This document shows, one piece after another, positions 1 to 16,234 of a stretch of DNA of 64,000 nucleotides. This stretch comes from Eledone cirrhosa. Lineage: Eukaryota. Location of the stretch: NCBI GenBank assembly GCA_964016885.1, contig OZ024740.1, positions 440,262,001 to 440,326,000 on the forward strand. The letters run 5' to 3'. Every line of letters begins with the position of its first letter. Within the stretch, counting starts at the first letter, position 1. Under the pieces are notes generated by a model. The model was not told where the DNA came from. It saw nothing but the letters and a program-made list of their open reading frames with translations, and ran no database searches. A program made the position numbers and the translations under genes.

Positions 1-296
1 GTGGCAATAAAAGTTCAACTGAATGAAAACGAAGGGCTGCGATAAATTCTTACGTCGGTCACCACTTTAGCAATATTAGTTATAGATGTTATCGAGATAC
101 GAGTGACATAATAATTATTTCAACAGCAGAAATTAGAGATGAAATATACGTTTAATTTTTGATGTAGCACAAACAATGGTGTTGTACAGAGGCTGGTTTC
201 TGGCGTGTGATCAGTCGGCTTTCCAGTGGCTGTCTGTCTTTTCTTTCTGGCGTTCTCAACCGGCGTTGTTCTATCAAGGAGCGTGAGGCGTCTTAC

Positions 297-712
297 TACA
301 TATGTAATATAGGATGGGGTTAATTTCTGTGATTATATGTAATATAGCATGGGGTTAATTTTATTGATTATATGTAATATAGGATGGGGTTAATTTCAGT
401 GATTATATGTAATATAGGATGGGGTTAATTTCAGTGATTATATGTAATATAGACTGGGGTAAATTTCAGTGATTATATGTAATATAGGATGGGGTTAATT
501 TCAGTGATTATATGTAATATAGACTGGGGTTAATTTCAGTGATTATAAGTAATATAGACTAGGTTTAATTTAAGTGATTATATGTAATATAGACGGGTTA
601 ATTTCAGTGATGATATGTAATATAAGATGGGATTAATTTCAGTGATTATATGTAATATAGGATGGGGTTAATTCCAGTGATTATATGTAATATAGGTTGG
701 GTTAATCGCAGT
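297..712. repeat. 35-bp minisatellite, ~12 copies (GATTATATGTAATATAGGATGGGGTTAATTTCAGT)
   Basis: GATTAT recurs at 331, 366, 401, 436, 471, 506, 541, 576 (35-bp period), with small indels and decay towards ~712. Confidence 0.95.
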
Positions 713-1062
713 GGTAAAATATTACAGCCAATATAGAGGTAGTGATATTGGCGCTTGACACTGTTGCATTGTTCTAGTTAAAAGGTTTTACTTTAAGACA
801 GGGAGGTAGAAATGCTGCCCAGTGTGTGTCAAGGACATACGTATAACGTGATGGATAAATCGTGATATACATGACGTCCACCTCAATGAGAAAGCTATGG
901 TCTCTCAGTATAACTTTGCCGAATTATTTAGAGGTCAGGTTGAGCTTGGATATAAAAGCCTACTGTTAACAGAAGGTGTCTCTGAGAAACAATGGTGGTT
1001 TGTCCAGTGAAGTGTTGTCGAGTTTTTACAAATCTTAGGCAAATTCAATAATATCTATTCAA

Positions 1063-1277
1063 GGGCGATGGATTAGCAGTATCGGTAGAGCGTCGGGCAA
1101 CATGCTTTATGGCATAGAGTTACGTCCCTTTACGGTCTGAGTTCAGATCCCGATATAGTTAGCTTTGCCTTTCAGCCTTACGGGGTCGATAACACAAAGT
1201 ACCAGTAATGCACTGGGCTCGATTTAATCAACATTCCCCTCTGCCAAACATACTGGCCTTGTGCCTATATGAGTAAC
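1063..1277 (+). mobile_element. Full-length tRNA-derived SINE (Octopus-type) with 17-bp flanking direct repeat
   Basis: A-box-like TAGCAGTATCGGTAGAGCG, B-box-like GAGTTCAGATCCC, body CTTTGCCTTTCA..CGGGGTCGATAA..AAGTACCAGT..CACTGGG, end GGCCTTGTGCC. CAATAATATCTATTCAA at 1046-1062 and 1278-1294 is a target-site duplication. Related copies at 27.2 kb and 30.7 kb. Confidence 0.9.
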
Positions 1278-1324
1278 CAATAATATCTATTCAATGTAAA
1301 CTACAATGTGCATTATAGATGTAG

Positions 1325-4300
1325 CATAATAGCTACCCTGACACTGTACATCATAGCTACCCTGACACAGTACATCATAGCTACCCTGACACTGTATATC
1401 ATAGCTACCCTGACACTGTACATCATAGATACCTTTACACTGTACATCATAGCTACCCTGACACTGTACATCATAGCTACCCTGACACAGTACATCATAG
1501 CTACCCTGACACTGTATATCATAGCTACCCTGACACTGTACATCATAGATACCTTTACACTGTACATCATAGCTACCCTGACACTGTACATCATAGCTAC
1601 CCTGACACTGTACATCATAGCTATCCTGACACTGTACACCATAGCTACATTTACACTGTACATCATAGCTACCCTGACACTGTACACCATAGCTACCCTG
1701 ACACTGTATATCATAGCTACCCTGACACTGTACATCATAGCTACCCTGACACAGTACATCATAGCTACCCTGACACTGTATATCATAGCTACCCTGACAC
1801 TGTACATCATAGATACCTTTACACTGTACATCATAGCTACCCTGACACTGTACATCATAGCTACCCTGACACTGTACATCATAGCTATCCTGACACTGTA
1901 CACCATAGCTACATTTACACTGTACATCATAGCTATCCTGACACTGTACATCATAGCTACCCTGACACTGTACACCATAGCTACCCTGACACTGTACACC
2001 ATAGCTACCCTGACACTGTACACCATAGCTACCCTGACACTGTACATCATAGCTACATTTACACTGTACACCATAGCTACCCTGACACTGTACATCATAG
2101 CTACATTTACACTGTACACCATAGCTACCCTGACACTGTACATCATAGCTACCCTGACACTGTATATCATAGCTACCCTGACACTGTACATCATAGATAC
2201 CTTTACACTGTACATCATAGCTACCCTGACACTGTATATCATAGCTACCCTGACACTGTATATCATAGCTACCCTGACACTGTACATCATAGATACCTTT
2301 ACACTGTACATCATAGCTACCCTGACACTGTACACCATAGCTACCCTGACACTGTACACCATAGCTACCTTTACACTGTACACCATAGCTACCCTGACAC
2401 TGTACATCATAGCTACCCTGACACTGTACATCATAGCTACCCTGACACTGTACACCATAGCTACCCTGACACTGTACATCATAGCTATCCTGACACTGTA
2501 CACCATAGCTACCCTGACACTGTACACCATAGCTACCCTGACACTGTACACCATAGCTATCCTGACACTGTACACCATAGCTATCCTGACACTGTACACC
2601 ATAGCTACCCTGACACTGTACATCATAGCTACCCTGACACTGTACATCATAGCTACCCTGACACTGTACACCATAGCTACCTTTACACTGTACACCATAG
2701 CTACCCTGACACTGTACATCATAGCTACCCTGACACTGTACATCATAGCTACCCTGACACTGTACACCATAGCTACCTTTACACTGTACACCATAGCTAC
2801 CCTGACACTGTACACCATAGCTACCCTGACACTGTACACCATAGCTACCCTGACACTGTACACCATAGCTACCCTGACACTGTACACCATAGCTATCCTG
2901 ACACTGTACACCATAGCTACCCTGACACTGTACATCATAGCTACCCTGACACTGTACATCATAGCTACCCTGACACTGTACATCATAGCTACCCTAACAC
3001 TGTACATCATAGCTACCCTGACACTGTACATCATAGCTATCCTGACACTGTACACCATAGCTATCCTGACACTGTACACCATAGCTACCCTGACACTGTA
3101 CACCATAGCTACCCTGACACTGTACACCATAGCTATCCTGACACTGTACACCATAGCTATCCTGACACTGTACACCATAGCTACCCTGACACTGTACATC
3201 ATAGCTACCCTGACACTGTACATCATAGCTACCCTGACACTGTACACCATAGCTACCTTTACACTGTACACCATAGCTACCCTGACACTGTACACCATAG
3301 CTACCCTGACACTGTACACCATAGCTACCTTTACACTGTACACCATAGCTACCCTGACACTGTATATCATAGCTACCCTGACACTGTACACCATAGCTAC
3401 ATTTACACTGTACACCATAGCTACCCTGACACTGTACAACATAGCTACCCTGACACTGTACACCATAGCTACCCTGACACTGTACATCATAGCTACCCTG
3501 ACACTGTACACCATAGCTACCCTGACACTGTACATCATAGCTACCCTGACACTGTACATCATAGCTACCCTGACACTGTATATCATAGCTACCCTGACAC
3601 TGTATATCATAGCTACCCTGACACTGTACACCATAGCTACCTTTACACTGTACATCATAGCTACCCTGACACTGTACACCATAGCTATCCTGACACTGTA
3701 CATCATAGCTACCCTGACACTGTACACCATAGCTACCCTGACACTGTACATCATAGCTACCCTGACACTGTACACCATAGCTACCCTGACACTGTATATC
3801 ATAGCTACCCTGACACTGTATATCATAGCTACCCTGACACTGTACACCATAGCTACCCTGACACTGTATATCATAGCTACCCTGACACTGTACACCATAG
3901 CTACCCTGACACTGTACATCATAGCTACATTTACACTGTACACCATAGCTACCCTGACACTGTACACCATAGCTATCCTGACACTGTACATCATAGCTAC
4001 CCTGACACTGTACATCATAGCTACCCTGACACTGTACATCATAGCTACCCTGACACTGTACATCATAGCTACCCTGACACTGTACACCATAGCTACCCTG
4101 ACACTGTACACCATAGCTATCCTGACACTGTACACCATAGCTATCCTGACACTGTACATCATAGCTACCCTGACACTGTACACCATAGCTACCCTGACAC
4201 TGTACATCATAGCTACCCTGACACTGTACACCATAGCTACCCTGACACTGTACACCATAGCTATCCTGACACTGTACACCATAGCTACCTTTACACTGTA

Positions 4301-7300
4301 CATCATAGCTACCCTGACACTGTACATCATAGCTACCCTGACACTGTACATCATAGCTACCCTGACACTGTACATCATAGCTACCCTGACACTGTACATC
4401 ATAGCTACCCTGACACTGTACACCATAGCTACCCTGACACTGTACACCATAGCTACCCTGACACTGTACACCATAGCTACCCTGACACTGTACATCATAG
4501 CTACCCCGACACTGTACACCATAGCTACCCCGACACTGTACACCATAGCTACCCCGACACTGTACACCATAGCTACCCTGACACTGTATATCATAGCTAC
4601 CCTGACACTGTACACCATAGCTACCCTGACACTGTACACCATAGCTACCCTGACACTGTACATCATAGCTACCCCGACACTGTACACCATAGCTACCCCG
4701 ACACTGTACACCATAGCTACCCTGACACTGTACATCATAGCTACCCTGACACTGTACACCATAGCTACCCTGACACTGTATATCATAGCTACCCTGACAC
4801 TGTATATCATAGCTACCCTGACACTGTATATCATAGCTACCCTGACACTGTACATCATAGCTACCCTGACACTGTACACCATAGCTACCCTGACACTGTA
4901 CATCATAGCTACCCTGACACTGTACACCATAGCTACCCTGACACTGTATATCATAGCTACCCTGACACTGTACATCATAGATACCTTTACACTGTACATC
5001 ATAGCTACCCTGACACTGTACATCATAGCTACCCCGACACTGTACACCATAGCTACCCTGACACTGTACATCATAGCTACCCTGACACTGTACATCATAG
5101 CTACCCTGACACTGTACACCATAGCTACCCTGACACTGTACACCATAGCTACATTTACACTGTACACCATAGCTATCCTGACACTGTACATCATAGCTAC
5201 CCTGACACTGTACACCATAGCTACCCTGACACTGTACACCATAGCTACCCTGACACTGTACACCATAGCTACCCTGACACTGTACACCATAGCTACCCTG
5301 ACACTGTATATCATAGCTACCCTGACACTGTATATCATAGCTACCCTGACACTGTACATCATAGCTACCCTGACACTGTACACCATAGATACCTTTACAC
5401 TGTACATCATAGCTACCCTGACACTGTACACCATAGATACCTTTACACCGTACATCATAGCTACCCTGACACTGTACATCATAGCTACCCTGACACTGTA
5501 CATCATAGCTACCCTGACACTGTACACCATAGCTACCCTGACACTGTACATCATAGCTACCCTGACACTGTACACCATAGCTATCCTGACACTGTACACC
5601 ATAGCTACCCTGACACTGTACACCATAGCTACCCTGACACTGTACACCATAGCTACCCTGACACTGTATATCATAGCTACCCTGACACTGTATATCATAG
5701 CTACCCTGACACTGTACATCATAGATACCTTTACACTGTACATCATAGCTACCCTGACACTGTACACCATAGCTACCCTGACACTGTACATCATAGCTAC
5801 CCTGACACTGTACACCATAGCTACCCTGACACTGTATATCATAGCTACCCTGACACTGTACACCATAGCTACCCTGACACTGTATATCATAGCTACCCTG
5901 ACACTGTATATCATAGCTACCCTGACACTGTATATCATAGCTACCCTGACACTGTACATCATAGCTACCCTGACACTGTACACCATAGCTACCCTGACAC
6001 TGTACATCATAGCTACCCTGACACTGTACACCATAGCTACCCTGACACTGTATATCATAGCTACCCTGACACTGTATATCATAGCTACCCTGACACTGTA
6101 CACCATAGCTACCCTGACACTGTACACCATAGCTACCCTGACACTGTACATCATAGCTACCCTGACACTGTACACCATAGCTACCCTGACACTGTATATC
6201 ATAGCTACCCTGACACTGTATATCATAGCTACCCTGACACTGTACACCATAGCTACCCTGACACTGTATATCATAGCTACCCTGACACTGTACACCATAG
6301 CTACCCTGACACTGTACATCATAGCTACATTTACACTGTACACCATAGCTACCCTGACACTGTACACCATAGCTATCCTGACACTGTACATCATAGCTAC
6401 CCTGACACTGTACATCATAGCTACCCTGACACTGTACATCATAGCTACCCTGACACTGTACATCATAGCTACCCTGACACTGTACACCATAGCTACCCTG
6501 ACACTGTACACCATAGCTATCCTGACACTGTACACCATAGCTATCCTGACACTGTACATCATAGCTACCCTGACACTGTACACCATAGCTACCCTGACAC
6601 TGTACATCATAGCTACCCTGACACTGTACACCATAGCTACCCTGACACTGTACACCATAGCTATCCTGTCACTGTACACCATAGCTACCTTTACACTGTA
6701 CATCATAGCTACCCTGACACTGTACATCATAGCTACCCTGACACTGTACATCATAGCTACCCTGACACTGTACATCATAGCTACCCTGACACTGTACATC
6801 ATAGCTACCCTGACACTGTACACCATAGCTACCCTGACACTGTACACCATAGCTACCCTGACACTGTACACCATAGCTACCCTGACACTGTACATCATAG
6901 CTACCCCGACACTGTACACCATAGCTACCCCGACACTGTACACCATAGCTACCCCGACACTGTACACCATAGCTACCCTGACACTGTATATCATAGCTAC
7001 CCTGACACTGTACACCATAGCTACCCTGACACTGTACACCATAGCTACCCTGACACTGTACATCATAGCTACCCCGACACTGTACACCATAGCTACCCCG
7101 ACACTGTACACCATAGCTACCCTGACACTGTACATCATAGCTACCCTGACACTGTACACCATAGCTACCCTGACACTGTATATCATAGCTACCCTGACAC
7201 TGTATATCATAGCTACCCTGACACTGTATATCATAGCTACCCTGACACTGTACATCATAGCTACCCTGACACTGTACACCATAGCTACCCTGACACTGTA

Positions 7301-10300
7301 CATCATAGCTACCCTGACACTGTACACCATAGCTACCCTGACACTGTATATCATAGCTACCCTGACACTGTACATCATAGATACCTTTACACTGTACATC
7401 ATAGCTACCCTGACACTGTACATCATAGCTACCCCGACACTGTACACCATAGCTACCCTGACACTGTACATCATAGCTACCCTGACACTGTACATCATAG
7501 CTACCCTGACACTGTACACCATAGCTACCCTGACACTGTACACCATAGCTACATTTACACTGTACACCATAGCTATCCTGACACTGTACATCATAGCTAC
7601 CCTGACACTGTACACCATAGCTACCCTGACACTGTACACCATAGCTACCCTGACACTGTACACCATAGCTACCCTGACACTGTACACCATAGCTACCCTG
7701 ACACTGTATATCATAGCTACCCTGACACTGTATATCATAGCTACCCTGACACTGTACATCATAGCTACCCTGACACTGTACACCATAGATACCTTTACAC
7801 TGTACATCATAGCTACCCTGACACTGTACACCATAGATACCTTTACACCGTACATCATAGCTACCCTGACACTGTACATCATAGCTACCCTGACACTGTA
7901 CACCATAGCTACCCTGACACTGTACATCATAGCTACCCTGACACTGTACACCATAGCTATCCTGACACTGTACACCATAGCTACCCTGACACTGTACACC
8001 ATAGCTACCCTGACACTGTACACCATAGCTACCCTGACACTGTATATCATAGCTACCCTGACACTGTATATCATAGCTACCCTGACACTGTACATCATAG
8101 ATACCTTTACACTGTACATCATAGCTACCCTGACACTGTACACCATAGCTACCCTGACACTGTACATCATAGCTACCCTGACACTGTACACCATAGCTAC
8201 CCTGACACTGTATATCATAGCTACCCTGACACTGTACATCATAGCTACCCTGACACTGTACACCATAGCTACCCTGACACTGTACACCATAGCTACCCTG
8301 ACACTGTACACCATAGCTACCCTGACACTGTATATCATAGCTACCCTGACACTGTATATCATAGCTACCCTGACACTGTACATCATAGCTACCCTGACAC
8401 TGTACACCATAGCTACCCTGACACTGTACATCATAGCTACCCTGACACTGTACATCATAGCTACCCTGACACTGTACATCATAGCTACCCTGACACTGTA
8501 TATCATAGCTACCCTGACACTGTACATCATAGCTACCCTGACACTGTACATCATAGCTACCCTGACACTGTACATCATAGCTACCCTGACACTGTACACC
8601 ATAGCTACCCTGACACTGTACATCATAGCTATCCTGACACTGTACACCATAGCTACCCTGACACTGTACACCATAGCTACCCTGACACTGTACATCATAG
8701 CTACCCTGACACTGTACACCATAGCTACCCTGACACTGTATATCATAGCTACCCTGACACTGTATATCATAGCTACCCTGACACTGTACATCATAGATAC
8801 CTTTACACTGTACATCATAGCTACCCTGACACTGTATATCATAGCTACCCTGACACTGTATATCATAGCTACCCTGACACTGTACACCATAGATACCTTT
8901 ACACTGTACATCATAGCTACCCTGACACTGTACACCATAGATACCTTTACACCGTACATCATAGCTACCCTGACACTGTACATCATAGCTACCCTGACAC
9001 TGTACACCATAGCTACCCTGACACTGTACATCATAGCTACCCTGACACTGTACATCATAGCTACCCTGACACTGTATATCATAGCTACATTTACACTGTA
9101 CACCATAGCTACCCTGACACTGTACATCATAGCTACCCTGACACTGTACATCATAGCTACCCTGACACTGTACACCATAGCTACCCTGACACTGTATATC
9201 ATAGCTACCCTGACACTGTACACCATAGCTACCCTGACACTGTACATCATAGCTACCCTGACACTGTACATCATAGATACCCTGACACTGTACACCATAG
9301 CTACCCTGACACTGTACATCATAGCTACCCTGACACTGTACATCATAGCTACCCTGACACTGTATATCATAGCTACCCTGACACTGTATATCATAGCTAC
9401 CCTGACACTGTACATCATAGATACCCTGACACTGTACATCATAGCTACCCTGACACTGTACACCATAGCTACCCTGACACTGTATATCATAGCTACCCTG
9501 ACACTGTACATCATAGCTACCCTGACACTGTACACCATAGCTACCCTGACACTGTACATCATAGCTACCCTGACACTGTACATCATAGCTACCCTGACAC
9601 TGTACACCATAGCTACCCTGACACTGTATATCATAGCTATCCTGACACTGTACATCATAGCTACCCTGACACTGTACACCATAGCTACCCTGACACTGTA
9701 CATCATAGCTACCCTGACACTGTACATCATAGCTACCCTGACACTGTATATCATAGCTACCCTGACACTGTATATCATAGCTACCCTGACACTGTATATC
9801 ATAGCTACCCTGACACTGTATATCATAGCTACCCTGACACTGTACATCATAGATACCTTTACACTGTACATCATAGCTACCCTGACACTGTACATCATAG
9901 CTACCCTGACACTGTACACCATAGCTACCCTGACACTGTACACCATAGCTACCCTGACACTGTACACCATAGCTACCCTGACACTGTACACCATAGCTAC
10001 CCTGACACTGTATATCATAGCTACCCTGACACTGTATATCATAGCTACCCTGACACTGTACATCATAGCTACCCTGACACTGTACACCATAGATACCTTT
10101 ACACTGTACATCATAGCTACCCTGACACTGTACACCATAGATACCTTTACACCGTACATCATAGCTACCCTGACACTGTACATCATAGCTACCCTGACAC
10201 TGTACATCATAGCTACCCTGACACTGTACACCATAGCTACCCTGACACTGTACATCATAGCTACCCTGACACTGTACACCATAGCTATCCTGACACTGTA

Positions 10301-13300
10301 CACCATAGCTACCCTGACACTGTACACCATAGCTACCCTGACACTGTACACCATAGCTACCCTGACACTGTATATCATAGCTACCCTGACACTGTATATC
10401 ATAGCTACCCTGACACTGTACATCATAGATACCTTTACACTGTACATCATAGCTACCCTGACACTGTACACCATAGCTACCCTGACACTGTACATCATAG
10501 CTACCCTGACACTGTACACCATAGCTACCCTGACACTGTATATCATAGCTACCCTGACACTGTACACCATAGCTACCCTGACACTGTATATCATAGCTAC
10601 CCTGACACTGTATATCATAGCTACCCTGACACTGTATATCATAGCTACCCTGACACTGTACATCATAGCTACCCTGACACTGTACACCATAGCTACCCTG
10701 ACACTGTACATCATAGCTACCCTGACACTGTACACCATAGCTACCCTGACACTGTATATCATAGCTACCCTGACACTGTATATCATAGCTACCCTGACAC
10801 TGTACACCATAGCTACCCTGACACTGTACACCATAGCTACCCTGACACTGTACATCATAGCTACCCTGACACTGTACACCATAGCTACCCTGACACTGTA
10901 TATCATAGCTACCCTGACACTGTATATCATAGCTACCCTGACACTGTACACCATAGCTACCCTGACACTGTATATCATAGCTACCCTGACACTGTACACC
11001 ATAGCTACCCTGACACTGTACATCATAGCTACATTTACACTGTACACCATAGCTACCCTGACACTGTACACCATAGCTATCCTGACACTGTACATCATAG
11101 CTACCCTGACACTGTACATCATAGCTACCCTGACACTGTACATCATAGCTACCCTGACACTGTACATCATAGCTACCCTGACACTGTACACCATAGCTAC
11201 CCTGACACTGTACACCATAGCTATCCTGACACTGTACACCATAGCTATCCTGACACTGTACATCATAGCTACCCTGACACTGTACACCATAGCTACCCTG
11301 ACACTGTACATCATAGCTACCCTGACACTGTACACCATAGCTACCCTGACACTGTACACCATAGCTATCCTGTCACTGTACACCATAGCTACCTTTACAC
11401 TGTACATCATAGCTACCCTGACACTGTACATCATAGCTACCCTGACACTGTACATCATAGCTACCCTGACACTGTACATCATAGCTACCCTGACACTGTA
11501 CATCATAGCTACCCTGACACTGTACACCATAGCTACCCTGACACTGTACACCATAGCTACCCTGACACTGTACACCATAGCTACCCTGACACTGTACATC
11601 ATAGCTACCCCGACACTGTACACCATAGCTACCCCGACACTGTACACCATAGCTACCCCGACACTGTACACCATAGCTACCCTGACACTGTATATCATAG
11701 CTACCCTGACACTGTACACTATAGCTACCCTGACACTGTACACCATAGCTACCCTGACACTGTACATCATAGCTACCCCGACACTGTACACCATAGCTAC
11801 CCCGACACTGTACACCATAGCTACCCTGACACTGTACATCATAGCTACCCTGACACTGTACACCATAGCTACCCTGACACTGTATATCATAGCTACCCTG
11901 ACACTGTATATCATAGCTACCCTGACACTGTATATCATAGCTACCCTGACACTGTACATCATAGCTACCCTGACACTGTACACCATAGCTACCCTGACAC
12001 TGTACATCATAGCTACCCTGACACTGTACACCATAGCTACCCTGACACTGTATATCATAGCTACCCTGACACTGTACATCATAGATACCTTTACACTGTA
12101 CATCATAGCTACCCTGACACTGTACATCATAGCTACCCCGACACTGTACACCATAGCTACCCTGACACTGTACATCATAGCTACCCTGACACTGTACATC
12201 ATAGCTACCCTGACACTGTACACCATAGCTACCCTGACACTGTACACCATAGCTACATTTACACTGTACACCATAGCTATCCTGACACTGTACATCATAG
12301 CTACCCTGACACTGTACACCATAGCTACCCTGACACTGTACACCATAGCTACCCTGACACTGTACACCATAGCTACCCTGACACTGTACACCATAGCTAC
12401 CCTGACACTGTATATCATAGCTACCCTGACACTGTATATCATAGCTACCCTGACACTGTACATCATAGCTACCCTGACACTGTACACCATAGATACCTTT
12501 ACACTGTACATCATAGCTACCCTGACACTGTACACCATAGATACCTTTACACCGTACATCATAGCTACCCTGACACTGTACATCATAGCTACCCTGACAC
12601 TGTACACCATAGCTACCCTGACACTGTACATCATAGCTACCCTGACACTGTACACCATAGCTATCCTGACACTGTACACCATAGCTACCCTGACACTGTA
12701 CACCATAGCTACCCTGACACTGTACACCATAGCTACCCTGACACTGTATATCATAGCTACCCTGACACTGTATATCATAGCTACCCTGACACTGTACATC
12801 ATAGATACCTTTACACTGTACATCATAGCTACCCTGACACTGTACACCATAGCTACCCTGACACTGTACATCATAGCTACCCTGACACTGTACACCATAG
12901 CTACCCTGACACTGTATATCATAGCTACCCTGACACTGTACATCATAGCTACCCTGACACTGTACACCATAGCTACCCTGACACTGTACACCATAGCTAC
13001 CCTGACACTGTACACCATAGCTACCCTGACACTGTATATCATAGCTACCCTGACACTGTATATCATAGCTACCCTGACACTGTACATCATAGCTACCCTG
13101 ACACTGTACACCATAGCTACCCTGACACTGTACATCATAGCTACCCTGACACTGTACATCATAGCTACCCTGACACTGTACATCATAGCTACCCTGACAC
13201 TGTATATCATAGCTACCCTGACACTGTACATCATAGCTACCCTGACACTGTACATCATAGCTACCCTGACACTGTACATCATAGCTACCCTGACACTGTA

Positions 13301-15752
13301 CACCATAGCTACCCTGACACTGTACATCATAGCTATCCTGACACTGTACACCATAGCTACCCTGACACTGTACACCATAGCTACCCTGACACTGTACATC
13401 ATAGCTACCCTGACACTGTACACCATAGCTACCCTGACACTGTATATCATAGCTACCCTGACACTGTATATCATAGCTACCCTGACACTGTACATCATAG
13501 ATACCTTTACACTGTACATCATAGCTACCCTGACACTGTATATCATAGCTACCCTGACACTGTATATCATAGCTACCCTGACACTGTACACCATAGATAC
13601 CTTTACACTGTACATCATAGCTACCCTGACACTGTACACCATAGATACCTTTACACCGTACATCATAGCTACCCTGACACTGTACATCATAGCTACCCTG
13701 ACACTGTACACCATAGCTACCCTGACACTGTACATCATAGCTACCCTGACACTGTACATCATAGCTACCCTGACACTGTATATCATAGCTACATTTACAC
13801 TGTACACCATAGCTACCCTGACACTGTACATCATAGCTACCCTGACACTGTACATCATAGCTACCCTGACACTGTACACCATAGCTACCCTGACACTGTA
13901 TATCATAGCTACCCTGACACTGTACACCATAGCTACCCTGACACTGTACATCATAGCTACCCTGACACTGTACATCATAGATACCCTGACACTGTACACC
14001 ATAGCTACCCTGACACTGTACATCATAGCTACCCTGACACTGTACATCATAGCTACCCTGACACTGTATATCATAGCTACCCTGACACTGTATATCATAG
14101 CTACCCTGACACTGTACATCATAGATACCCTGACACTGTACATCATAGCTACCCTGACACTGTACACCATAGCTACCCTGACACTGTATATCATAGCTAC
14201 CCTGACACTGTACATCATAGCTACCCTGACACTGTACACCATAGCTACCCTGACACTGTACATCATAGCTACCCTGACACTGTACATCATAGCTACCCTG
14301 ACACTGTACACCATAGCTACCCTGACACTGTATATCATAGCTATCCTGACACTGTACATCATAGCTACCCTGACACTGTACACCATAGCTACCCTGACAC
14401 TGTACATCATAGCTACCCTGACACTGTACATCATAGCTACCCTGACACTGTATATCATAGCTACCCTGACACTGTATATCATAGCTACCCTGACACTGTA
14501 TATCATAGCTACCCTGACACTGTATATCATAGCTACCCTGACACTGTACATCATAGATACCTTTACACTGTACATCATAGCTACCCTGACACTGTACATC
14601 ATAGCTACCCTGACACTGTACACCATAGCTACCCTGACACTGTACATCATAGCTACCCTGACACTGTATATCATAGCTACCCTGACACTGTATATCATAG
14701 CTACCCTGACACTGTATATCATAGCTACCCTGACACTGTATATCATAGCTACCCTGACACTGTACATCATAGATACCTTTACACTGTACATCATAGCTAC
14801 CCTGACACTGTATATCATAGCTACCCTGACACTGTACATCATAGCTACCCTGACACTGTACATCATAGCTACCCTGACACTGTACATCATAGCTACCCTG
14901 ACACTGTACATCATAGCTACCCTGACACTGTACATCATAGATACCTTTACACTGTACACCATAGGTACCCTGACACTGTACATCATAGCTACCCTGACAC
15001 TGTACATCATAGCTACCCTGACACTGTACATCATAGCTACCCTGACACTGTACATCATAGCTACCTTTACACTGTACACCATAGCTACCCTGACACTGTA
15101 CATCATAGCTACCCTGACACTGTACACCATAGCTACCCTGACACTGTACATCATAGCTACCCTGACACTGTATATCATAGCTACCCTGACACTGTACATC
15201 ATAGCTACCCTGACACTGTACATCATAGCTATCCTGACACTGTACATCATAGCTATCCTGACACTGTACATCATAGCTACCCTGACACTGTACATCATAG
15301 CTACCCTGACACTGTATATCATAGCTACCCTGACACTGTACACCATAGCTACCCTGACACTGTACATCATAGCTACCCTGACACTGTACATCATAGCTAC
15401 CCTGACACTGTACATCATAGCTACCCTGACACTGTACACCATAGCTACCCTGACACTGTACATCATAGCTACCCTGACACTGTACATCATAGATACCTTT
15501 ACACTGTACATCATAGCTACCCTGACACTGTACATCATAGCTACCCTGACACTGTACATCATAGCTACCCTGACACTGTACATCATAGCTACCCTGACAC
15601 TGTATATCATAGCTACCCTGACACTGTACATCATAGATACCTTTACACTGTACATCATAGCTACCCTGACACTGTACATCATAGCTACCCTGACACAGTA
15701 CATCATAGCTACCTTTACACTGTACATCATAGCTACCCTGACACTGTACATT
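1325..15752. repeat. 24-bp satellite array (CATCATAGCTACCCTGACACTGTA), ~600 monomers, with 2400-bp and 4704-bp higher-order duplications
   Basis: 8-aa periodicity (IIATLTLY) in the ORF track. Rare variant CTTTACACCG at 5441, 7841, 8945, 10145, 12545, 13649; variant CTATCCTGTC at 6661 and 11365. Confidence 0.98.
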
Positions 15753-16064
15753 ATACAGACAGTCGGGCTCAGATTTAATGTAAAGAAAGCAATATAACTT
15801 TCTCACAAACGCATTTAATGAGCAGGGTTCACAGATTTGTGTAATTATGTTAAACAGCTGGTATGACACGAGAGCTGGCCTGGCTTAGGTTTTGTCAACA
15901 AAATATATAATAAAATAAAAAAACGAGAAAAACCTGGATGTCACAGAATCTCACTTCTTAACATATTTCTCCAGACAACGAATGGGGACATGGCTGAAGA
16001 TATATAGGGGACAGTTACAGCTGAATAGAGGATAATGAAGTGGGAATACAATGATAACAATGGC

Positions 16065-16132
16065 GTGGTGGTGATGATGAGGATGAGAGGGAGGAGGAGA
16101 AGGAGGAGGACAAGTGCGACGATGATGATGAT
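16065..16132. repeat. Low-complexity (GGT/GAT/GGA)n tract
   Basis: Direct reading: gtggtggtgatgatgaggatgagagggaggaggagaaggaggagga...gatgatgatgat. Confidence 0.7.
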
Positions 16133-16234
16133 ATAAAAGGAATGAATCCCTAAAATTGATTTATTTTGAGCTTTTGTTTCATTGATTAGCTAATTGGTAA
16201 CCAGTGTTAAATTAATAGTTAGTCTTTAATCACT

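Noticed and set aside
297-712. CRISPR array (35-bp repeat length)
   Set aside because: Repeats are head-to-tail with no unique spacers, there are no cas genes, and the context is eukaryotic.
1063-1155. tRNA gene
   Set aside because: A/B boxes are present but no cloverleaf; the sequence continues into a SINE body with a target-site duplication.
1308-15869. 4829-aa, 4812-aa and 1498-aa ORFs as real genes
   Set aside because: They are translations of a 24-bp unit lacking stops in three frames; they overlap on both strands and have no non-repetitive domain.
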